Virus record (IMG/VR): IMGVR_UViG_3300045410_000017
Location: 1-42,103 of that record
From: a virus
Lineage: Duplodnaviria > Caudoviricetes
Length of the DNA stretch: 42,103 nucleotides
Reading direction: 5' to 3' (one strand)
Within the stretch, counting starts at the first letter, position 1, and every line of letters starts with the position of its first letter. The notes under the pieces are model-generated. The model was not told where the DNA came from. It was given only the letters and a program-made list of their open reading frames with translations, and did no database searches. Both the position numbers and the translations under genes were made by a program. Of the stretch, positions 1 to 8,595 are shown one piece after another.

Positions 1-272
1 GGTGACCTCCCCGAACCGCAAGGTCGTGGACGCCTTCGCCGCCGTGTACGGTGGGCGGGCCAAGAAGTGGACGGACGGCCCCGGCGGCGGCCAGCACGAG
101 GTGTTCCTGCCCGTGTCCCGCCTGCCCGTCACGTTCATCGGCGGCCAGACCCTCACCCAGCATATGGAGCTGTGGGGCGGGAGCGTGTGCAAGCGGCGCT
201 GCGACAGCGTGACCATGAGCGACGGGAAGCCGTGCGCCTGTGGGGCCGACAAGCCCATCGAGGAGCGGGACT
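1..272. repeat. Terminal direct repeat, left copy (circular assembly overlap)
   Basis: Matches 41832-42103 except at 128, 170, 184 and 194; lies inside one ORF that crosses the junction. Confidence 0.95.
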
Positions 273-583
273 GCAAGCCGACGAGCCGCCTGACCGTGGC
301 GTGCCCGGACGTGCCGATCGCTGGCGTGGGGCTGCTGACCACACACTCGGTGATCGCTGCCGGGGAGTTGGACGGCGTGATCTCGCTGATCCGGCCAACC
401 CTGGAGAACGGGTGTAGCGTCAATGCTATACTTCGTGTCGACCAGATGAGCGGCCCGAACCGGCAGTACGCCGTTCCTCGCATCGAACTTGAGGGCGTGT
501 CGTTCCAAGACCTGGCCCTCGCCGCCCAGTCCCAGCCCGCTCTCGGCGCAGCCGAGCCCCTCGCCCTCCAGGGAGGTGAATAA
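2..583 (+). CDS. phiC31 gp3-like (recombination directionality factor-like) protein, 3' part; full gene starts at 41731 (227 aa)
   Basis: Motifs VTSPNRKVVDAFAAVYGG, MELWGGSVCKRRCD, GKPCAC and YAVPRIEL recall phiC31 gp3 as I remember it; high GC3. Confidence 0.7.
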   Translation: MTSPNRKVVDAFAAVYGGRAKKWTDGPGGGQHEVFLPVSRLPVTFIGGQTLTQHMELWGGSVCKRRCDSVTMSDGKPCACGADKPIEERDCKPTSRLTVACPDVPIAGVGLLTTHSVIAAGELDGVISLIRPTLENGCSVNAILRVDQMSGPNRQYAVPRIELEGVSFQDLALAAQSQPALGAAEPLALQGGE

Positions 584-762
584 TGGCAGCTCCCCGCAAG
601 ACATCCGTGGAGACCGACCGCAAGATCGCCTACGCTTACGCAGCCGGCGACACCGTGGCTTCGATCTCCAACACGTACAGCGTCAGCGCCGGCACGGTGC
701 GATCCATCGTGCTCCGCACCGGAGGCACGCTTCGCCCGGTCGGTCGGCCCCGCAAGGGCTAG
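583..762 (+). CDS. Small HTH DNA-binding protein (59 aa)
   Basis: Not in the ORF track. MAAPRKTSVETDRKIAYAYAAGDTVASISNTYSVSAGTVRSIVLRTGGTLRPVGRPRKG; SD GGAGG and TAATG coupling; HTH pattern with GRPRK tail. Confidence 0.8.
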   Translation: MAAPRKTSVETDRKIAYAYAAGDTVASISNTYSVSAGTVRSIVLRTGGTLRPVGRPRKG

Positions 763-768
763 CAAGGT

Positions 769-840
769 TTGGTGGCCGGGAGGGCCGACGCCCCCTCGTT
801 GGTAGTGTGGCAATAGCTTCACCTGCCTCCCGGCCGCCAA
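769..840 (+). promoter_or_regulatory. Intergenic multi-stem RNA structure
   Basis: 15-bp stem 769-783/826-840 (one G-U) enclosing two small hairpins. Confidence 0.55.
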
Positions 841-892
841 GGTTCTACTCAACCGAGTCGGATTCGACTCAACCTCGAAAGGCAACACAACC

Positions 893-1378
893 ATGAAGTT
901 CGGCGATCTGCTCAAGCAGGCCAAGGAGTCCGGGGCGATGGGCGATACCGTCATCCCCGATGGTGATTTCCTCTTGGAGATCACCAAGACCAACTGCAAG
1001 GACCCCGAGGAGGGGCCGATCGGCCTGCTCATCAAGGTCATCGGCGACGAGGACGGCAACGAGCTGCCGGACGGCGACGAGGCCAAGAACGTCACGTCGT
1101 GGGCCAACCTCTACTTCTCCGAGGCCGCCGCCCCCATCTCGTTCCGCCAGCTCAAGGACTTCGGCTTCACCGAGGAGTTCCTCGCCAACAGCGAGGACGC
1201 CGAGAGCATCGCCAACCTCGCCCAGGGCATCAAGTTCACCGCTTCGGTGGGCCACCGCAACTGGGGCAAGGAGAAGGACCGGGTGTCCAACGAGTTCAAG
1301 GGCGTGAAGATCGTCGCTGGCCCCGCTGGGCAGGACGTGGACCCTACGCCCCAGGACTCGGACGAGGAGCCCTACTAG
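893..1378 (+). CDS. Single-stranded DNA-binding protein-like (DUF669-type)
   Basis: IPDGDFLLEITK start, beta-rich core, acidic tail ending DSDEEPY; SD GAAAGG; replication context. Confidence 0.65.
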   Translation: MKFGDLLKQAKESGAMGDTVIPDGDFLLEITKTNCKDPEEGPIGLLIKVIGDEDGNELPDGDEAKNVTSWANLYFSEAAAPISFRQLKDFGFTEEFLANSEDAESIANLAQGIKFTASVGHRNWGKEKDRVSNEFKGVKIVAGPAGQDVDPTPQDSDEEPY

Positions 1379-1401
1379 TCTCGGGCCGGCCAAGGTGGGA
1401 G

Positions 1402-1665
1402 ATGGAGCCGCTCGAACGGTTCTTCTACGCCTTGGTCGGCGCTGGGCTGGTCCGGGACCGGGACTACGAGTGGAGTGGCAAGTTCGCCACGGCCTGCTGC
1501 CCGGCCTGTCGGGCGTCGTCATACCTGTGGTTCACGGACGACGACGGGGAGTTTCGGTTCGGGTGCCGGGAGAAGTGTGACCGGCGGGAGATCCTCGAAC
1601 TGCTCGGCTTGGATGGATACGACGTGCTGAGGGTGGTGCCGAAATGGCTACGCAAACGAGGGTAG
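1402..1665 (+). CDS. Stand-alone primase-type zinc-binding domain protein (87 aa)
   Basis: CCPAC...LWFTDDDGEFRFGCREKCDRREILELLGL resembles primase N-terminal zinc-binding domains. Confidence 0.6.
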   Translation: MEPLERFFYALVGAGLVRDRDYEWSGKFATACCPACRASSYLWFTDDDGEFRFGCREKCDRREILELLGLDGYDVLRVVPKWLRKRG

Positions 1666-1772
1666 GCGAGTTCCGATACTACGGTGCTGTGCCGGCACCG
1701 AAGGCCCGCAACCTCGCCGAGTGGAAGTGGCTGGAGGATCGAGTCGTCGCTTTCAAGGATTCATTGCGATGA
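1644..1772 (+). CDS. Hypothetical protein (42 aa)
   Basis: ATG overlaps the previous gene; ATGA-coupled to the next ORF. Confidence 0.4.
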   Translation: MATQTRVGEFRYYGAVPAPKARNLAEWKWLEDRVVAFKDSLR

Positions 1773-1924
1773 CCCAACCAGTCCACATCCTGGTGCTCGC
1801 CTCAGCCACGTCCCCGTGGATTCTCCATGGATGCCAGTGGTCGAGGCGCTTCGAGGACGAGGAAGGCAACACCTTTCTGCTCGTTGGGCCACGTCTGAAT
1901 GGTAGACTAGGCACAGACCTGTAG
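1769..1924 (+). CDS. Hypothetical protein (51 aa)
   Basis: ATGA coupling; fills the gap before the holin-like gene. Confidence 0.4.
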   Translation: MTQPVHILVLASATSPWILHGCQWSRRFEDEEGNTFLLVGPRLNGRLGTDL

Positions 1925-1952
1925 CCCATACTACCACCCCGGAGATGACCCT

Positions 1953-2174
1953 GTGAAGTGGCGTGACACGATCGAACGACTGTTCTGGGCCGTTGTGGCC
2001 GCCGGCCTCGGCGCTCTGGCTGTCAGTGATGTCATCGGCATCAGCGCCCTGGAGGCGGCGGTCGTGGCGGGAGCGGGGGCCGGCGTCGACTTCCTCACGC
2101 TTGTGGCCCGATCGAGGCTGAACGTCCTCCCCTCACCCGGCGAGGGGCTGCCAGGGCTCCCGACCACGCAATGA
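1953..2174 (+). CDS. Holin-like membrane protein
   Basis: Two hydrophobic segments; DTIERLFW start like r1t-type actinophage holins; SD GGAG. Confidence 0.6.
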   Translation: MKWRDTIERLFWAVVAAGLGALAVSDVIGISALEAAVVAGAGAGVDFLTLVARSRLNVLPSPGEGLPGLPTTQ

Positions 2175-2389
2175 GGCTCGTCGGGGCGGTGGCGTTCATT
2201 GTCGCCATTGCCCTCCCCTCACTAGCGATAGCGATTGCGGTGACCGGGGCCGGGGCCGGGGTCATTGCGCTGGCCGTCGTTCTTCACAACGCCCGGCAAC
2301 TTGAGGCGTTCGTCACGGAACAGACTGAATCCCTTTCCTCCCTGAAAGAGCGAGTCCGGGCACTAGAGCCGACGCGGCCCGTGGGGTAG
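2171..2389 (+). CDS. Membrane protein with C-terminal coiled coil
   Basis: Long N-terminal hydrophobic stretch; ATGA coupling. Confidence 0.7.
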   Translation: MRLVGAVAFIVAIALPSLAIAIAVTGAGAGVIALAVVLHNARQLEAFVTEQTESLSSLKERVRALEPTRPVG

Positions 2390-2391
2390 TC

Positions 2392-2688
2392 GTGCCTGTC
2401 GAACTTGCGGTTGCTTCCATCATCGCCTTCGGTGGTGTGCTCACAGCGGTCGTGGCTGGCGTCTTTGGGTTCATCACGGCCCGGTCGTCCCGAGCCGTGT
2501 CCGACAACACAGACGAAATCGCTGCTGTGACGGCGCAGGCCCTCAAGCTCGTTGACCACTACAAGGCGCTGGCCGAGAGGGCTGAGGCCAGGCTAGCCAC
2601 GAAGGATAGGACCATCACCGACCAGCGTGAGACTATTGATAGACTACTGGAACGGCAAGACATTCTACGAAGGGCGGCAGAGAAGTGA
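2392..2688 (+). CDS. Membrane protein with coiled coil (lysis-module type)
   Basis: N-terminal TM helix followed by heptad-rich helix. Confidence 0.7.
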   Translation: MPVELAVASIIAFGGVLTAVVAGVFGFITARSSRAVSDNTDEIAAVTAQALKLVDHYKALAERAEARLATKDRTITDQRETIDRLLERQDILRRAAEK

Positions 2689-3071
2689 GTGAACCGGAAT
2701 ACCAGACTCTAGATGTCTGCACCGAGCATCTCGGGGTCATCGACAAGAACCTCAAGGCGCTCAACAGGCAACTCGGGTGGATCGTCGTCGCTGGAGTGGT
2801 GAGCGTCGTGGTGCTCCTTGTGGTCGGTGTGCTCTACGTGCAGGACATCCGCAGTTCCCGGAAGGCCAGCGTGAACGTGGCTTGCACGGCCGTCGAGCGG
2901 CTCGCCGTTGCCAACGAACGGTTCATCCGGGACATCGCAGGCCCAGGAGTAGTGACTGATGAGCGACTCGCAATCTACCACCTCTACGTCGACCCCGCCA
3001 TCGAGGACTGCCGTGAAAGCGCACTTCAAGGCGTGCTCAGAGTGCCCGTCGCCAGCCGCCCCAAGCCGTAG
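2685..3071 (+). CDS. Single-pass membrane protein
   Basis: Central TM WIVVAGVVSVVVLLVVGVLYV; GTGA coupling. Confidence 0.7.
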   Translation: MSEPEYQTLDVCTEHLGVIDKNLKALNRQLGWIVVAGVVSVVVLLVVGVLYVQDIRSSRKASVNVACTAVERLAVANERFIRDIAGPGVVTDERLAIYHLYVDPAIEDCRESALQGVLRVPVASRPKP

Positions 3072-3122
3072 CCGGTGCTATACTCACTATCGACTCAACC
3101 TCCTACGGAAGCGGGCCTCTAA

Positions 3123-3854
3123 GTGCGTCTCCTGATCCTTGACATTGAGACAGCTCCAGCGACAGCCCTGGTGTGGGGCATCCACAAGCAACATATCGGA
3201 GCCCACCAGATCGTGGAGCCCGTGCGGATGCTGTCCTTCGCCGCCAAGTGGTACGACGAGAAGCAGGTGTTCTACACCGACGAGCGCAACGGCCGGGAGC
3301 AGATGCTCGCCGACCTGTGGGCGCTCCTCGACGTGGCCGACGCCGTGATCCACTACAACGGCACCTCGTTCGACATGCCTCATATCAACCGGGAGTTCCT
3401 CCTCGGCGGGCTCGGGCCGCCCACGCCCTACGCTCAGATCGACCTGTGGCGCACCGTGCGCTCCCAGTTCAGGTTCATGTCCAACAAGCTCGACAGCGTG
3501 GCCGGCGAACTGGGCATCGGCCACAAGGCCGCCCACGAGGGCTTCGGCTTGTGGGTGAAGTGCCTGGCCGGCGACGAGAAGGCGTGGCGGCGGATGAAGC
3601 GGTACAACATCCAAGACGTGCGCCTCACCGAGAAGCTCTACACCGAGCTGCGACCGTGGATCAAGGGCCACCCGTCCTCGAACCTCGTGAGCGGCGTCGA
3701 CTTCTCGTGCCCGACGTGCGGCTCCGGTGCCCTCACCAAGAGGGGCGTGGCCCGCACCAAGATCAGCACCTTCCAGCGGTACCAGTGCCTCCAGTGCGGG
3801 TCCTACAGCCAGGGCAACAAGCGGCTGGCCGGCGTGACGGTGAGGTCGTGCTAG
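3123..3854 (+). CDS. DnaQ/RNase H-like 3'-5' exonuclease with C-terminal zinc ribbon
   Basis: ILDIET, HYNGTSFD and YNIQDV motifs; CPTC...CLQC ribbon. Confidence 0.85.
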   Translation: MRLLILDIETAPATALVWGIHKQHIGAHQIVEPVRMLSFAAKWYDEKQVFYTDERNGREQMLADLWALLDVADAVIHYNGTSFDMPHINREFLLGGLGPPTPYAQIDLWRTVRSQFRFMSNKLDSVAGELGIGHKAAHEGFGLWVKCLAGDEKAWRRMKRYNIQDVRLTEKLYTELRPWIKGHPSSNLVSGVDFSCPTCGSGALTKRGVARTKISTFQRYQCLQCGSYSQGNKRLAGVTVRSC

Positions 3855-4096
3855 TGGGCGATGAACTGACCGCCGAGGAGATCGCCGTGGCGTCCAAGAT
3901 CGCTGCGCTCGACCAAGAGAACTGCGAATGGCTGACCGACGCCCAGAACATGGCGGCCTTCTACGGCATCCTGATCCAGGGCGGCGTGCCCGAACCGGTC
4001 GCCAACCTCATGGTCCTCAACGCTCAAGCGAACTACTACGAGGCCGACACCCCCTCGATGTCCTGCCCGATCTGCGACGACGAAGATGACGATTGA
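3854..4096 (+). CDS. Hypothetical acidic protein (80 aa)
   Basis: GTG overlaps the upstream stop; high GC3; ends CPICDDEDDD. Confidence 0.65.
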   Translation: MGDELTAEEIAVASKIAALDQENCEWLTDAQNMAAFYGILIQGGVPEPVANLMVLNAQANYYEADTPSMSCPICDDEDDD

Positions 4097-4322
4097 GCGT
4101 CTTCGTCGGCCCTTGTTCGGTCGTCACGGCCACCTTGTCGTGGCTGCGCTGTGCGGCTACGAGGTGGCTGCCATCGCCAGCGGGCGGACCTCCCACCTGC
4201 CCAGCCTGCCCACACTCACGGCCCTCGGACGCCGGCACCCCGCCATCAAGTGGGCGTTGACCGGAGCCATCACACACCACCTCCATCTTGAGTTGGTGGA
4301 AGTCATCACCCCCACGGAGTAG
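4086..4322 (+). CDS. Hypothetical, possibly membrane protein
   Basis: Overlaps the upstream gene end; hydrophobic segments. Confidence 0.6.
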   Translation: MTIERLRRPLFGRHGHLVVAALCGYEVAAIASGRTSHLPSLPTLTALGRRHPAIKWALTGAITHHLHLELVEVITPTE

Positions 4323-4325
4323 GCC

Positions 4326-4913
4326 ATGTTCAGGAAGATCCTGTCGGCGGCAGGAGTCGTCGCCATCCTCATCGGGGCGGCGACGTTCGCTTCGGCTGCC
4401 CCTCCCCCCAAGGTCACCATCTGCCACGCCACGGCCTCGGCCACCAACCCGTACGTCCAGATCACGGTGGACGCCGACGCTGTGAACGGGGCCGGCCACG
4501 GCCAGGACCACTCGGGCCACGCCGGGGACATCATCCCTCCCGTGGCGGGCGTCACGTCCGGCCAGAACTGGGACGCCACCGGCCAGGCCATCTACAACGC
4601 TGGATGCCGGTTTGCCACGCCTCCCACTACCGTTCTGCCACAGCCTCCGACGACGGTGCCCCAGCCGCCACCCACCACTACGGCGCCAGTAGAGCCACCA
4701 GTTCAGCGTCCGCCAGCCCCAGCGCCCACCATTCCGCCCACACAGCCGCCTGCTGCGCCCGAGCCCGAACTGGTGCCGCCGGCCGCCGACGCCCCCGCAG
4801 TCCAAGAGCGGGCACCTGAGCTGCCCAGGACGGGCCGTTCGCTGTGGCTTGTGTGGCTGGGGGCGGGGCTCATCACAGGCGGGGCTTGGCTCGTGTTCCT
4901 CGGCCGACGATGA
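4326..4913 (+). CDS. Secreted Pro/Thr-rich surface protein with LPXTG-type sorting signal
   Basis: Signal peptide, KVTICHAT...NPYVQITV...GDIIP...GQNW domain, Pro-rich linker, LPRTG, hydrophobic stretch, terminal RR. Confidence 0.85.
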   Translation: MFRKILSAAGVVAILIGAATFASAAPPPKVTICHATASATNPYVQITVDADAVNGAGHGQDHSGHAGDIIPPVAGVTSGQNWDATGQAIYNAGCRFATPPTTVLPQPPTTVPQPPPTTTAPVEPPVQRPPAPAPTIPPTQPPAAPEPELVPPAADAPAVQERAPELPRTGRSLWLVWLGAGLITGGAWLVFLGRR

Positions 4914-4943
4914 TCTTCTGCGACGTGTGCGAGGGTGAGCCCG

Positions 4944-7871
4944 CTACCCCTTGACGGCCGGGGCGTCCGTGTCCTCCACGATGCGCTCGACCTGGCGCTT
5001 CGACAGCCCGGCCTCGATGAGCGCCCGAGCGAGCTGGCCGCTGGTCATGCTGTAGGCGTCCTCGACGCCAGCCTCTAGGGCAGCGTCGACCAGCCGGATC
5101 TTGGTCGTGGTGGGCGAGAGGTGCGGCTTCTCCTGCCGGTCAGCGATGCGCTGTTCGAGCTGCTGGCGGAACCTGTCCTTGTCGGTCTCCGCAGCGTAGT
5201 CGACACCCGTGCGGACGCCCGCCAGCGAGCGGAGATAACGGCTGCGCTTCTCCTCGTTATCAACGAACCCTTGCGCCCGCTTGACGTTGCCGAGGGGCGG
5301 CACGATGTCCTCTGGTCCCTCGACGCCTCCAGGGTTGAGGATGGCTCCAGCGAGCGGGTTGAGTTGTTCGATCGGCCCGTCGCCGGCCTCGGCCCCCAAC
5401 GCAGTAAGGAACGAGAGCGGACCAGAGAGCCGTGGCCCTTCCAGTTCGCCGTACTCGTTGTGCTCTCGGTCGTACCACTTGCCGCCCATCTCCAGCCGTG
5501 CCTGGGCGTTGAGCAGGCCGGGGCGCTGGGCGTACGTCTTGACGATCGCCGAGGGGGCACGCATGAGCCACGTCGGGAAGAACAAGAACCGGGTGATCTT
5601 GTCTCGCTCCACTCGGGTACGCCCGAACGCTGTGTAGTCGAGGTGCGTCTCTCGCACGATCCTCGAAGCGTCGTCCACCGACATGCCCAGGTCTCGGGCT
5701 CGGTTGAACGCTGCGCCACGGAGGAGTTGTTCGACGTGGGCGTTGGCGTTGGCCGTGTGCTTGGTGCCGAACCGTCCGACCTTCTGGATCTTGGAGGCCG
5801 GGTTGATGATCTCGGACACGTCCTCGAAGCCGTGAGCCGCATCGTAGACGCCGGCCTGACGGATCTCGACAGCACGGGCCGCCTGCTCGGGGGGCAGGAT
5901 CTTGGCGATCGCCTCATCGAACCCACGCTCGCCGCCCTGCTTGAGAGCCCTGGTGACGGCACGCAACTGGCCGACAGCCTTGCCGTACTCGCCCGGCCCC
6001 ACGCCAAGCTTGGCGGCGTTCATGGCGATGCCGGTCATCAAGTTCTGCATGACGTACGGCGGGAACGACACGATGTTGAACAAGGTCTGGGTCTTGATGA
6101 TGCCGTTTACAGCGTCCCAGCCCCGCACGATCTTGGAGTTGGTGCCGCTCTTGGCGATGTCGAGCATGTCACGGGCGATAGTCTCGTCAACCCACCGGCC
6201 GGGGGCGACCTCACGGAACCCGGCCTTCGGACTGTGCCGCACGACCGAGGATACGTCGAAGTTGTGGAGTTTACTGGCGAAGTCCTCCAGCGCATCTATA
6301 GCGAACGCATTTCCACCGACCTCGTTGGCGATGGCGAACGACGACTTCACAAGATCGGCCGGGTCGTCCAGATATGAGATCAGATCGTCGGCCTCGTTCT
6401 GAGCACTGATCGAACCCTCCCGTGTGCGCTGCTTCATCCTGCCCGAGCGGGTCGTGCCGGGGCGGACAGCGTTGGGATCGACGCCGAACTGAGCAAGGCT
6501 CTCGGGCGTCAACTGGTGGCGCAGGTACTCGTCGGGGGACATGAGTTCGTCTGGCGACTTGCCCATGCCGATCCACTTGTTGTACGTCTCGTCCCGCACG
6601 CTCACGAGCGTGTCGAGGAGCTGCTGCTGCTCGGGCAGATCAGCGAGCAGGACACGGGCCTCGTCCACGGACCCGCCCACGTCGAGCGCATTGCGGATGA
6701 CCGACAGTTCGTCGTCTGTGATGTTGGCAGGGATGGCCTGCCCGATGCGCTTGCCCACGTCGATCATGGCCGAGTCAACCAACTGCTTGCGGCGCAGGCC
6801 GATGGTCGGGAGGATCTCGGCGATGGCCCGCCCGAACTTGTCCTTGGAGGCCGTGTACGGTGTCCACGCCTTGCGGATCTCCGTGCCGAGGGCGCTGCCC
6901 TTGGCGCCGGCCACCCCACGGCCGAGGCCCTGCACGCCAGGGATCTTGCCGAGAGTCTCGCCGGCCACGAGCGTGCCGCCGCCGAGCCGGCCGAAGTCGG
7001 CGCCGATACCGCCGGCCCCTCGCCGCCCGATCTGGCTCAGTGTGCGCTCCAGCCCCTTTGCGCTGACTCCTTCGCCGAGGATCTCTCGGACGGTGGGGGC
7101 CGTTGCATCGAGGATGGCGGGGCGGGCGACGGGCGACAGCCGGGGCAGTTCGTTGGCGGCCTCGTCCAGCAGGTTGAGTTGGAACCCCTCGTCTGCGAGA
7201 GTCGCTGCCCGCTGCTCGGCGGCAAGAACGCTGTTGGCTTCTCTGCGAGCCAGCTCGGAAGCGGCGTCGGCCTGCTCCTTGGCGAATCGCTCGGCGAGAA
7301 GGCTGTCGCCGGCCTCGACGCCCTCACGAGCGACGGTTTCGGCGACATCTTCGCCGGCCCGTGCGCCGAGCCTCCGCAGCCCGGTCTTGGCCGCTGTGCC
7401 CGTACCGAGCGTCACGAAGTTCAACGGGTCGGTGCCGACATCGCCGACGAGTCCGAGCCCACGCTTGACGTTCAGAGGCAGGCCCTTGGTGAGGGTGTTC
7501 TCCTCAAGGATGTCGCCTGTGCCCATCCGCCGGTTGATGTTCTTGCGGATGTCGTTGAGCGAGAACTCGCCTTGGGGGCCGAGGCCGGAAAGGGTGGCGA
7601 GCAGGTCGCCGGTCTCTAGCGCAGTCGACGCTACAGCGGCCCGCCCGTAGTCCAGTGCGCTGCCAACGGGCTCCACGACATCGAGGAGTCCGCCCTTGAC
7701 CCGCTCAAGGATGCTCGGCGACCGCTTGTCAGCGTCGGGGGACTGCTCCTCATCGAGCAACTTCTCTGTGGCCTCGGGTCCGCTGCGGGCGGTCTGAGGC
7801 AGCCCGGCCAGCCCTCCTCCACCGAGGATACGGCGGTTGGCGCTGAGGATCTGCGACGGGGTGAGAGGCAC
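4944..7871 (-). CDS. Large internal virion (ejection) protein, putative
   Basis: 975 aa Ala/Gly-rich helical protein, last gene of a podovirus-like virion arm; function inferred from position. Confidence 0.6.
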   Translation of the reverse strand: MPLTPSQILSANRRILGGGGLAGLPQTARSGPEATEKLLDEEQSPDADKRSPSILERVKGGLLDVVEPVGSALDYGRAAVASTALETGDLLATLSGLGPQGEFSLNDIRKNINRRMGTGDILEENTLTKGLPLNVKRGLGLVGDVGTDPLNFVTLGTGTAAKTGLRRLGARAGEDVAETVAREGVEAGDSLLAERFAKEQADAASELARREANSVLAAEQRAATLADEGFQLNLLDEAANELPRLSPVARPAILDATAPTVREILGEGVSAKGLERTLSQIGRRGAGGIGADFGRLGGGTLVAGETLGKIPGVQGLGRGVAGAKGSALGTEIRKAWTPYTASKDKFGRAIAEILPTIGLRRKQLVDSAMIDVGKRIGQAIPANITDDELSVIRNALDVGGSVDEARVLLADLPEQQQLLDTLVSVRDETYNKWIGMGKSPDELMSPDEYLRHQLTPESLAQFGVDPNAVRPGTTRSGRMKQRTREGSISAQNEADDLISYLDDPADLVKSSFAIANEVGGNAFAIDALEDFASKLHNFDVSSVVRHSPKAGFREVAPGRWVDETIARDMLDIAKSGTNSKIVRGWDAVNGIIKTQTLFNIVSFPPYVMQNLMTGIAMNAAKLGVGPGEYGKAVGQLRAVTRALKQGGERGFDEAIAKILPPEQAARAVEIRQAGVYDAAHGFEDVSEIINPASKIQKVGRFGTKHTANANAHVEQLLRGAAFNRARDLGMSVDDASRIVRETHLDYTAFGRTRVERDKITRFLFFPTWLMRAPSAIVKTYAQRPGLLNAQARLEMGGKWYDREHNEYGELEGPRLSGPLSFLTALGAEAGDGPIEQLNPLAGAILNPGGVEGPEDIVPPLGNVKRAQGFVDNEEKRSRYLRSLAGVRTGVDYAAETDKDRFRQQLEQRIADRQEKPHLSPTTTKIRLVDAALEAGVEDAYSMTSGQLARALIEAGLSKRQVERIVEDTDAPAVKG

Positions 7872-7872
7872 G

Positions 7873-8595
7873 TTAGCCCCGGCTTCGGATGGCCGACTCC
7901 AGCCCGGTTGTCAGGAACGACTGACGCTTCGGGGCGGGCGTGGGCGGGTTGAGGCGCTTGAGGTTCACGGCCCCGCCCTGGATCGCTCGGAAATACTCGG
8001 TGGCGTACTTGCGGAGCACGTCCTCCTTGATGCCGGGCGCCCAGCCGAACTCGTCGGGGTGGCGCTTGGCGTTGCGGAGGATCGCCACAGCCTCGGCGGC
8101 GCTCGTAGCGTTGCCGAGCACAGCGGTCAGGGCGGTCTGGAAGCGAGGGCCACGGTTCATCATTGAGTGGCGAATCACACTGTCGCCGGCCGCATCCCAC
8201 TCGGCCTGGTCGTCGGTTCCGCCGGCCTTCGCCTGTCGGAGGCGCTCCTCCTCCAGCCTGCCTTGGTCACGGGCGGCCTCGCCCTCGGCGTCAAGGCGCA
8301 TCTGGGCGGTCTGCATCTGCTCCAACTGGAGCTGGCGGGCACGGTCGGCCTGGGCCTGGGCGGCCTCTTGGGCCAGCCGGCGGCTCTGGGCGGCCCGGTT
8401 GTCCTGCGCCACGATCGTGCCCTGGTTGACGCCCGCAGCGTAGCCCTTGGCCTGGTCGGCCATCACGGCGAGATCCTGGGCCACGGCCCCGGCCTGGGAA
8501 GCGGCGGCGGGGTCGCCAGTGGACGCCTGCTTGGAAGCGGCGGTCTTGAGCACGGCGGCCTGCACGGCGGCGAGCGGGGCGGGTTCGCCAGCCAT
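7873..8595 (-). CDS. Internal virion protein, putative
   Basis: Ala/Gln-rich helical protein, coupled to neighbours. Confidence 0.55.
   Translation of the reverse strand: MAGEPAPLAAVQAAVLKTAASKQASTGDPAAASQAGAVAQDLAVMADQAKGYAAGVNQGTIVAQDNRAAQSRRLAQEAAQAQADRARQLQLEQMQTAQMRLDAEGEAARDQGRLEEERLRQAKAGGTDDQAEWDAAGDSVIRHSMMNRGPRFQTALTAVLGNATSAAEAVAILRNAKRHPDEFGWAPGIKEDVLRKYATEYFRAIQGGAVNLKRLNPPTPAPKRQSFLTTGLESAIRSRG

Noticed and set aside
771-839. tRNA gene (about 70 nt ending CCA)
   Set aside because: No T-loop or D-loop consensus; the closing stem is too long and there are only two internal arms.
4944-7871. Tape measure protein or virion RNA polymerase
   Set aside because: No tail tube or chaperone genes, and no RNA polymerase motifs recognised.
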